Below are positions 15,601-24,261 of a stretch of 64,000 bases of DNA, in pieces. The notes beneath the pieces are model-generated. The model saw nothing but the letters and a program-made list of their open reading frames with translations, searched no databases and had not been told where the DNA came from. Position 1 is the stretch's first letter, and the number at the start of each line of letters is the position of its first letter. Both the position numbers and the translations under genes were made by a program. The stretch is from the NCBI GenBank assembly GCA_040954595.2, contig CM082598.2:5471097-5535096 (forward strand). The letters run 5' to 3'. The DNA comes from Balanoglossus misakiensis. Lineage: Eukaryota > Animalia > Hemichordata.

Positions 15601-18600
15601 TCTAAAATCTTCACCATTAAGCCATATTACTTGTATTGGCATCAGTTTGTCATCTCTTGGCGACGCATACCACGATAGCTGCGTATTGTTTGTATGGAGG
15701 CTGATTAAATTGGTGCGGCACCGTTTTAATACATAGCGTTTTCAAATCGCAACATGCAGTCACAATCGGGCGTCGATGAGATGTTCATGTATACCTTTCA
15801 GTAAGCTTATTTAGATGGAACAATCTTAGTTGGAAAATCAAATGAATAAAATACCAAAAACATGACAGAAAGTTACAGCTATCAGAGCTTGAAATCATAA
15901 TCTTACCATGGTTTCAGCTGATGGAATAGGTACAGGTTGTTGCCCATCTTTGTCTCGTATTTGCAAGTGATTTTTCTTGTTGTTTATCATCATACCAATG
16001 CCGAACAGGGTTAGATCAACTTGCTCGTTTATCAAAATCTGAAAAGAAAGGGAACATTGTTTTCTCTGTCTTTTAATTATCTCACTATTATGGTATGTAA
16101 GTATTTTTGGTGGATTTTGAGGTTACTGCTACATGTATACCACAAAGTGCACATATCGGTATAATAAAGTTGCATTGTATTGTTTGTATTGTATTGTATT
16201 GTAGCTAATTAAAGGGACAAAGTCTCTGTCTCGCAGCTGTTTTCCCATTGTAATTGTGTTTGATACTGTTTATGTTATTCTACATGTGGATATAAAGTGA
16301 ATCAACGTTTGACCACACATAATTTCCAACCCTCTTATAGAGACGAGGGTGAAAATCTCACCAAAATGAATAAACGGTAGACACCGATTATTCATTTTGG
16401 TGAGATTTTTAGTCTCATATCCTACAAACAGGATGGAAGTTGTGTGAGGTCGAACGTTGATTCATTATATATCCACATGTAGAATAACATAAACAGTGTC
16501 TTGTATCAAACATAATTAATGGAAAAGAGGCAGTGAGAGAGAGACTTTGTCCCTTTAATACACTAAATTACACTCACCTCTTCTTGGCTATCTTGTCCAT
16601 GTTTCAACCAATACAATTCGAAACTACCCGGCTCATAGTTAGCTTGCTTGGCAACCTCATCACAAAGCTCTCTACATACACATGTTGCAGGTAAGTTGAT
16701 TGTGATGTTGCATGTTTGCCATTGCGGGTTGGTTGTGTCGCGGATAATGCACAGAATCTTCGGTGTGTCTGCTACACAAGCACCCTGCAATAGAAAATAA
16801 TACCCATTACATGTACATGGTTGATATACACTGAAAATGAAACCTATACACCTGTCTTTGCCAAAAACACAACTGCTTAATACAGCTTATAAAGCTTATA
16901 CTGGTCACAGTTTTAGTGACTTTATCATTGGGTTCATAGACTACACAGGAAACCCCTTACAGCCCTGTACCATTATCATGTCTGTCACATGGATTTACAC
17001 AGCCGTGTACCAGCTATGTTGGCACACAGACTCTGTACCAGCTATGTAAAAAGAAATGATGTTACATATGTGCTTAAATCACTTCTGTCACATACCTTTA
17101 TTTTACAGCTATGTAGTTTGCATGTGTGAAGCTATGAATAAGATGTGTGAGAAAAAGTCCTGTATCATACCCTTTTTCACACAGCCCTGTACCAGGTGTG
17201 CACGTACACACGTCTGGACCAGTCGTATTTCACACAGCCCTGTACCAGGGATGTGTAAAAATCACCCCTGTAACAGGGCTGTCAGACACAATAATGGTAC
17301 AAGGGTGTGCTCCTCAAAGCCGTACTAGGATGTCAGCACAGCCCTAGTACATGGCTGTGTCGGGTCCCCTGTGTAATGCTGTTGACATGTTGTTTGGGAT
17401 TTTTTTAACCCAAATGCTGCCAAGTCAGTTGACACTGGTTTGATTTCCAGGGTGCCTAGAATCCTGGCTCCCAGGCCCGTTAGGCTGCCAAGTGTGTGTT
17501 AATCAGTAGGGCCTATACAAGACCCTCAGACCTATACAGTGCAAACCAGTGCGACTTGGTACATTTTACAGGGAGCTCAGACTGCCAAGTGTGTCTAAGT
17601 ACGTATGAGAGCCATGTCAACAGTCAAAATACGTTTTAGAAGAAAAAATGGCACATACAATGTATGTATTTTAAGGGACTTGACACTCTAAACAGCTATG
17701 ACACCCAGTAGCGTTAGGGTTAAAGCTTATACTGGCCACAGCTTTAGTGACTTTATCATTGTGTTCATAGACTGATGTTGTCAACATGTTGTTTGGGACT
17801 TTTTGATGAATTGGGATAAAGTTACAAATGATGTAAATCCAGCCTTTTCAGTTTGTTCTGTTTTAATGTACCATTACCAACTAATGCTTAACGGAAATTA
17901 TTCCTCAATAAGTGTCCTAGAATAGTCTGCAAGTTACATGTACATTGTCTGAACTCAGTATGGCGGTGGTCTACTCATTGGACCACTTCGTGGATAGAAT
18001 AACGCAGGGGTTTCTGGGACAGTTTGCGTTCTGAGCGCGTGCATTAGCCATGTACTAGACGCTATGTTGAACGCAAATTATACCATCATGCATTGCAGAT
18101 ACCCTATCCGCGAAGTGGTCTATGGCTTAACTACATTTTTTTTTAATTTTTATTTATCGGAAGAAACGAAAACAAAGACATTTAATACAAAAGAAATACA
18201 GAAACAAAAGTCAACAGTCTAGGCCTCACAATTGACATATTCTATATGTAGACCGAGGTCTGACATACAAGTACTATGTACTGTGCGTACTGTGCAAGTA
18301 CACCCCCTATGCCAGTACTCGTCCGGTGCCAGTTCTCGGCCAACGCGCGAGAAAACGTTCCGTAATCTACGATAATTCCATTTTTTTCGTCAGTTCCCAG
18401 TTACAATGGGTTGTAGGTATAAAAAACATTCCGACCACCAAATACGAAGAGTTTTGCTCGAGGCATCGTGACGCTGTTCGAAAAAGAAATCAAGAGGTGC
18501 ATATTCTGTTTACTACCCTACAGAGCATTTTACGGTCACTACGATCTTGGTTACTTTTTCCGAGTAAAGTATTTTACGTCAAAGAGACCAAAAATAACCA

Positions 18601-19869
18601 AATTACCGGTAAACGTTCTCTGATGATTAGTCTTTGAGACCATATATGTCATTGCACTATATCGTGAAGATTTTGGTGCCAAATTGCGGGAATCCTCAAA
18701 AATGTAATTTCCCTATACTTGGCCACGTCGGAGCTAAAACTTCGCTGTACAGTACAACAGCCAAAATACATAAGCTAAATGACAATTTTAAAGATAGTTC
18801 CAGCGAAATCAGTCATCAACAACAAAAAATCGTTATTCCGGCTGTCTATGTTCAAAAAGTGTATCAAATTGGGACACGTTCCCAAATAGCTCTGCGTGGT
18901 AGGGCTGTGTTGTTACGGCGAGCCCTGCCTGCCACGCAGAGCTAGTTCCCAAAGTAATAAACAACCGCGGTCGGAGGATGGGGCGGAGTGGCCGATTACG
19001 GGAAGAGCTCATACGTCTACTTAATCAGCTGTTGAACTTCAACCTTTGACCGGTTGACCCTAATGTATGATTGTTTGCGAGGGCAGACCTCTTGCCAACC
19101 CTTTCATCACGGAAGTTGGGCATCGGCCGCGAGCGTTGACGCGCAAGTAGCTATTTTCATTCAAGTGGCCGAGTACTGGCAGAGGGGGTGTATACCAGAT
19201 GCAAAACTGCATCACACCTGCTTTTATTGATTGGTGATGTGATGATTGGTAAAGCTCTGAACTACATTGTATGAACAAAGTTATTTATAGGCTTCATCAT
19301 GCCATTAATCAGACCAGGTCAATCTGACCTTTGACCTCGGCAATAGCCTAAGTCCAAACATTGGATTTTTGATTAATACATGCACAATGAGATTAACTTC
19401 CAACATTTACATAATATCAATTATACTGTAAAAGTGTAATCTTGCTCATCACTTCAACGCATCGCATAACATTTGGTGGAACAAACCAGGAAAATCCCAC
19501 TTGGTGATCATTATTGTTCTGAACGTTGTCACGTTCACAGAACACAAACTTAATTTTTAAATGGTGATCGGTCCCCGTCATTGCTTGACAGTGACAACCA
19601 AGACAGCTCACACAATCCGTGGGCGTCCTGTTTCGCAAATTGGTGAATTCAAAAAGTAGAGAATTCCTACATGTTACAGCAAAATTAGGTTTGAAGCAAA
19701 ATGTAAACGGGTTCATTTAAATGTAAAATTGGCAATCGTAATGAATAATAATATCAGCATCTGAGTCATGACTGTCCAGAATAGTCAAATCTTGTATACA
19801 CTGATTCAAAGTTGGATAACAGGAGCTTACCTCTGTTGCTACCAGCTGAGTATTTTCCCCAGGTAACAT
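670..19869 (-). CDS. USP47: Ubiquitin carboxyl-terminal hydrolase 47 (USP47), multi-exon; the 3' end lies beyond the left edge of the window
   Basis: Exons with GT-AG ends and consistent phase: 19869-19831 ([13 protein letters not shown]), 16784-16578, 16038-15907, 15136-14998, 14609-14513 (Cys box [16 protein letters not shown]), 14331-14156, 13577-13438 ([18 protein letters not shown]), 12882-12793, 12627-12574, 11915-11776 ([10 protein letters not shown]), 11253-11193, 10426-10274, 9652-9573 (His box [16 protein letters not shown]), 9080-8893 ([17 protein letters not shown]), 7664-7552, 7106-7002, 6120-5913, 5133-5018, 4500-4378, 3795-3669, 3135-2323, 1979-1888, 1451-1287 ([14 protein letters not shown]), 785-670. 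The motifs match vertebrate USP47 as I recall it. Confidence 0.95.
1200..1263. repeat. (AAAAC)n microsatellite
   Basis: Read directly from the sequence. Confidence 0.9.
4868..4990. repeat. TA-flanked palindrome (TAGAATCTCATAC...GTGTGAGATTCTA)
   Basis: Imperfect inverted arms of about 45 bp. Confidence 0.6.
7801..8159. mobile_element. MITE family C, TTAA|AGCCCCTATAGCT...AGCTCTAGAAGCT|TTAA
   Basis: Related copies at about 15529-15890, 53785-53962, 57877-58160, and an inverted fragment at about 39975-40080. Confidence 0.8.
8692..8874. mobile_element. MITE family G, TA|CAGTCAAA...TTTGACTG|TA (Tc1/mariner/pogo-like)
   Basis: Copies at 1010-1170, 22227-22499 (right half duplicated in tandem), 49707-49873; a relative at 2136-2315. 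Confidence 0.85.
9172..9519. mobile_element. MITE family A copy
   Basis: TTAA-flanked foldback with family A ends. Confidence 0.9.
9775..9985. mobile_element. MITE family F, about 210 bp, TA|CTGTAAAACACTTTATTTTCGCGAG...TTTTACAG|TA (Tc1/mariner-type TA ends)
   Basis: About 25-bp terminal inverted repeat and a CGCG-rich interior. Copies at 3463-3663, 5603-5813, 6181-6377, 11539-11750, 22783-22938, 54553-54707; a relative at 63233-63729. Confidence 0.88.
13746..14109. mobile_element. MITE family A copy
   Basis: TTAA-flanked foldback with family A ends. Confidence 0.9.
16209..16558. mobile_element. MITE family A copy
   Basis: TTAA-flanked foldback with family A ends. Confidence 0.9.
16944..17373. 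mobile_element. CACAG-ended element with internal short repeats (CMC/EnSpm-like, non-autonomous)
   Basis: TA|CACAGGAAACCC...GGGTCCCCTGTG|TA, with repeated CACAGCCCTGTACC-like units inside. Confidence 0.7.
17405..17723. mobile_element. MITE family E, about 320 bp, TTAA|CCC...GCTGCCAAGTCAG...CAGTAGC(A/G)TTAGGG|TTAA (piggyBac-like ends)
   Basis: Copies at 12091-12390, 14718-14853 (partial), 46090-46388, 46470-46530 (partial), 51686-51998, 52951-53211, 59645-59968. Confidence 0.88.
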
Positions 19870-20294
19870 GTTAGTCTTCGAAAGTTAAAGACGGTGTCAG
19901 GAGTAATCTTTATCCGTTGCAAATGCGAAGTTTCATTTTTGCTGGTTCATTTCTCCACCACAACATGGCGGAAGGAAATACAGGAAGTCGTGCTAAGCTC
20001 TCGCGTTCATCGCCCGATAATTGGATATCTCGCAAAATGCGAGATGTCCTCATTCGCAAAATACAATCTAGTTAGTCAATTTTAAATACTAACAGACACA
20101 TTTTTCAAAAGAATGTTTTCATTTTGAGGTTATAATAGAAAATTTAAGAAACTTGTGATTTGTCTAGTTGAAAGCAAGAAATCAAACAAGTTTCTTTAAA
20201 TTATCGGCGAATATTGGTAAATTAAACCTGTTCTGAACGGAAGAGGCTATCGCAGCCTCGATTTGACGGTCTTTTTCTGCCATCCTCAAGCAAG
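19870..20294. promoter_or_regulatory. Bidirectional USP47/RPL10A promoter with a TCT/5'TOP initiator
   Basis: 425 bp between divergent ATGs. Pyrimidine tract TCTTTTTCTG at 20270, YY1-like CAACATGGCG at 19961, ETS cores CGGAAG at about 19969 and 20238. Relatively CpG-rich. Confidence 0.7.
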
Positions 20295-23200
20295 ATGAGG
20301 TGAGAACTGCGATGGTTCCTTGTAAAAATCAAGTCCCATCAGCATCATTGCGCTATTTCCAGCAGTTTGGTAGACAGCAATGGTTGATGAAAAATCAAAT
20401 TATATGTGAGGTGGATTTTCCACTGAAAATAAAGCTGTGGAGTGTCAATACGGGTGAAAATGAGATGGCGTTCAAACGCATGTACATTGACTGCATGTTT
20501 CGCAATGGGCCGCAATGATCGTTGTCCGTGTGATGTCTTGTTTTTTTGTGGCCGTTGCGGCTTTGGTCCACCTTACTTCGTTCAAAAGCGTAGACAAGAT
20601 ACATGTAGCTGCATTGCAATGATTTTTTTGGGGGGGGGGGGGGGGGTGTGCCAAATGAATGAAGTTGCGGATTGCAGACATCTGAGCTAGGCTAAAATAG
20701 TGCAAGTAACGATACCTCATATTCTCTTGCTTACTTGCTAACCACTTTCCTTTTCATTTCCAGCAAAATCTCGAGGGACACCTTGTACGAGGCCGTCGGT
20801 GAAGTCCTCAAGGGCAGCGCTGAGAAGAAGAGGAAATTCATTGAAACTGTGGAATTACAGATCAACTTGAAAAACTATGATCCCCAGAAAGACAAGCGTT
20901 TCTCCGGCACAGTAAAGTATGCTAGGCTTTGGTTTCTTTCACCCCACTGGGGGGAGTTGGGTGCGTTCACCTCCCAACGGACCTGGACTCCCAGGGTCTT
21001 AAAATAACTGGGGTTGTGAAGTGTTCATTGGATTCCAAGAGAACTACATCACAAGAATATGGAAAAACCCTACTAGGGTAGTTGGGTTGTAAAATGCTCA
21101 ACGGACCCCCACCCAGGGTCTTAAAACAATTGGGGAGGCAATCAGCCTAATAGTTTGTTTGTCAAGTATGTCTAACATAATTGCATATGTTTTAATGTGT
21201 CATTGATTATTGTGAATAAGCCTTGTATCGCAATCATTTGAAATTATTGCCTCAAATTTACTAGCTTTATCAAAACAAGTGAAACAGTAAATTGATTAGA
21301 ATTTTATGCGTTGCACAATTACATGTATTTGAGATCAGTTCAATGAAGATTCTTAGTTGCTGCATGTATTAGCTGCTGAAAAGCTTTGTGGATACCTTTA
21401 GCTTGCTCTGAGAACTGATTCTACACCTGCACGTACGTACATACACACATACATACATATTAAAGGGACAAAGTCGTTCTCTCGCTGCCCTTTTTCCATG
21501 AATTATGTTTGATACAAGACACCGTTTATGTTATTCTACATGTGGATATATAGTGAATCAACGTTTGGACACACACAATTTCCATCCCGTTTGTTGGATA
21601 TGAGAGTTAAAATCTCGCCAAAATGAATAATTGGTAAACACCTATTATTCATTTTGACGAGTTTTTTCATTCTCGTGTCTACAAGCGGGGTGGAAGTTGT
21701 GTGGTTGAACGTTGATTCACTATGTATCCACACGTAGAAAACATACACAGTGTCTTGTATCAAACATAATTAATTGAAAAAGGGCAGCGAGAGAGAGACT
21801 TTGTCCCTTGCTTATACCAGCAAAATGAGATTGTTGACGTATAAAAAATCAAAGTAAATTGGATTCTGACCACTGATAACGTTCAGTGAAATTGATAATG
21901 GAATGTTTTAACTTGTATTGACAGACTGAAGCATATTCCAAGGCCCAAATTCAGCGTGTGCGTTCTGGGAGATCAACAGCATTGTGATGAGGCCAAGGCC
22001 GCCAATTTCCCCTGTATGGATGCTGAGGCTTTGAAGAAACTGAACAAGAACAAGAAGTTGGTCAAGAAGCTAGGTAAGGAACAAGAAAGCTGGCTAGATA
22101 TTCTTCCCCAAGTATGATTCAATGTTCACGAGTTTGAACTAAAAATGGTAAAGTCAAACCAACAAATGCCAGGATGTTAAGGTCACTTAAGTGGCGATGA
22201 CGTCTTGAATTAGATTTCCTTCAAAGTACAGTCAAACCTGTCTATAGTGGCCAGTCAAGGGACTTTCCTAAAGTGGCCTTTATAGAGAGATGACCTTTAT
22301 ATAAAGGTTAATTAACACGCATGTGAATTGCACAGGGACTGTAACAAAGTGGCCACTATATAGAGTTGACCGCTATATAGGGGTGGCCACTAACACAGGT
22401 TTGACTGTACATGTGAATTGCACAGGGACTGTAACAAAGTGGCCACTATATAGAGGTGACCAATATATAGGGGTGGCCACTAACAGGGGTTTGACTGTAG
22501 GTGCGAAGAAATGAATGTGTAAAATCAGTTCAATGATGATTTAAAATTTATCGCATGTATTATCTGAATACCTATGTCGAAGCTATAAGTTTCTTCTGAG
22601 AACTGATAAAAGTAGGTATTTTTGTTGGTGATATTTTCCAGCATGTACTTATTCCCAGGGAGGAATATCCGAAGGGGCATTATAGCGAGCCCTTTTTCAC
22701 GACAATGGTTCAGTCCAAGTCTGGTGTTTTCTATGGTTAAGTTGGACCTCTATAGAAGAAACTGGGGGTCAAAGGATTAAGCGGAAATAGCGTGAAAATA
22801 AAAAGTCGCGTAATTTTTTTTAGAGATAACGATGCAATGAATGAAATAAGAGAACGCGAAAATTAATACTCGCGAAACAGTGGCCTCTCACGATATCGCA
22901 AAAAATTTAACTCGCGAAAATAAAGTGTTTTAAAGTATTATGTGGATCCACATTCGTGTGGTCGTTAAACTCGACTGGTCTTCCTGATTTGTGTGTAATA
23001 TGATCACATTGATTAAGTTCAGAGTAAATTGAAACTCTGTTTATTTCTTGTCTCCAGCCAAGAAGTATGATGCCTTCCTGGCCTCCGACTCGCTCATCAA
23101 ACAGATCCCACGTCTGCTGGGCCCCGGTCTCAACAAGGCCGGAAAGTTCCCAACGCTTCTCACCCACAACGAGTCCATGGGAAACAAGATCGAGGAAGTG

Positions 23201-23737
23201 AAGGCCACGATCAAGTTCCAGATGAAGAAGGTGAGAGGAAATGTTCGATTTTTTACCCTCTCGCCACCGTGGTTCGGTCCAAAACCATTGTTTTCTATGG
23301 CCAAGTTGGACCTCTACAAATGGAAGTGGGGGTGAACAGGTAGTGTTTACATACGCCCATATATGACTGAAATGGAGTATTTGAGTTTTCTAAAGAACAT
23401 ATGGTGGTGTTTTTTTCGCGTGTGCCACCCGCTGAAAATCCGTGATTGGCTAGATCTCATTTTGCCATGGTAACTATAGCTAATTTTCCATAGGTGACCG
23501 TATACCTGTTACCACCGTCATTGAAACTAATTCTAATGGTCACAAATGTTGCGCTTTATTTTCCAGGTTCTGTGTTTAGCTGTAGCCGTCGGTCATATTG
23601 AGATGTCTGATGATGACTTGGTTGCTAACACCAACCTGGCAATCAACTTCCTGGTGTCACTTCTGAAGAAGAACTGGCAGAATGTGCGATCCTTGTACAT
23701 CAAGAGTACCATGGGCAAACCACAACGTGTTTACTAA
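20295..23737 (+). CDS. RPL10A: 60S ribosomal protein L10a (uL1), 5 coding exons, 216 aa
   Basis: Exons 20295-20299, 20764-20916, 21925-22073, 23058-23230, 23567-23737 total 651 nt in frame. Translation [13 protein letters not shown]...[16 protein letters not shown]...[31 protein letters not shown] at 23792. Confidence 0.98.
21334..21419 (+). ncRNA. SNORD45: C/D-box snoRNA, U45/SNORD45-like (copy 1), in RPL10A intron 2
   Basis: 8-bp terminal stem ATCAGTTC/GAACTGAT; C box ATGAAGA at 21343; D box CTGA at 21408. The internal GCATGTATTAGCT is the reverse complement of the conserved 18S segment AGCTAATACATGC. Confidence 0.8.
21460..21809. mobile_element. MITE family A copy in RPL10A intron 2
   Basis: Family A foldback about 40 nt downstream of snoRNA copy 1. 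Confidence 0.9.
22105..22153 (+). promoter_or_regulatory. Candidate L10a-binding splicing regulatory element (L10ARE-like) with a downstream alternative 5' splice site
   Basis: Hairpin AGT-ATG-ATTC-loop-GAGT-TTGA-ACT (22111-22140), then ATG|GTAAAG (GT at 22148). Reading through the normal donor meets an in-frame TGA at 22115. Confidence 0.6.
22524..22607 (+). ncRNA. SNORD45: C/D-box snoRNA, U45/SNORD45-like (copy 2), in RPL10A intron 3
   Basis: Same terminal stem; perfect C box ATGATGA at 22533; guide GCATGTATTA followed by T and D' box CTGA at 22564; D box CTGA at 22596. The +5 rule points to 18S U172 (human numbering). Confidence 0.88.
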
Positions 23738-24147
23738 AATGTACACGCTTTTCAAATTAATCAATTATGGCTGTACAGTTTGATCTGTGTAAATAAAGAA
23801 CTGATGCCTGTGAAATAGTCTTCTGTTGTTTTATCCTTTGAAACAGAGTTTATTACTGTAAAACACGTGGATTCGCATATTTGACATTTCCCTCTATATT
23901 TACCATGGTTTATCATTATGTGTTTGTATAGGTACATTGTAAATCAAAACCTGTTGACTTTATGGAAAAAACATTCAATATAATTCAAATTTAAGTGTGT
24001 TTTACAGTATACTTTCCCATTGCATGAAAAATAAGTGGCCACGCACAATTACTGATTGATTCCTTTATCAGATTCAGATAAAAGCCCCACTTGTTAATCA
24101 ATCCACCCTAATTTCGAATAGCATTTCAGAACTTGCTTGATTGTGAG

Positions 24148-24261
24148 CAATCTGATTAAAATCAGATGTATGGAACGGCGACGTGGTTTTTTTTTTATCT
24201 GTGAGGCGACAGCATAAAAAAAACGCGTCGCCGTTCCCTACATCTGATTTTAATCAGATTG
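24148..24261. repeat. Short palindromic element CAATCTGATTAAAATCAGATGTA...TACATCTGATTTTAATCAGATTG
   Basis: Inverted arms of about 45 bp; the left arm recurs at about 26233 and 27610. Confidence 0.75.

Noticed and set aside
20380-20690. Additional C/D snoRNA in RPL10A intron 1
   Set aside because: TGATGA and CTGA motifs occur, but with wrong spacing, no terminal stem and no recognisable rRNA guide.
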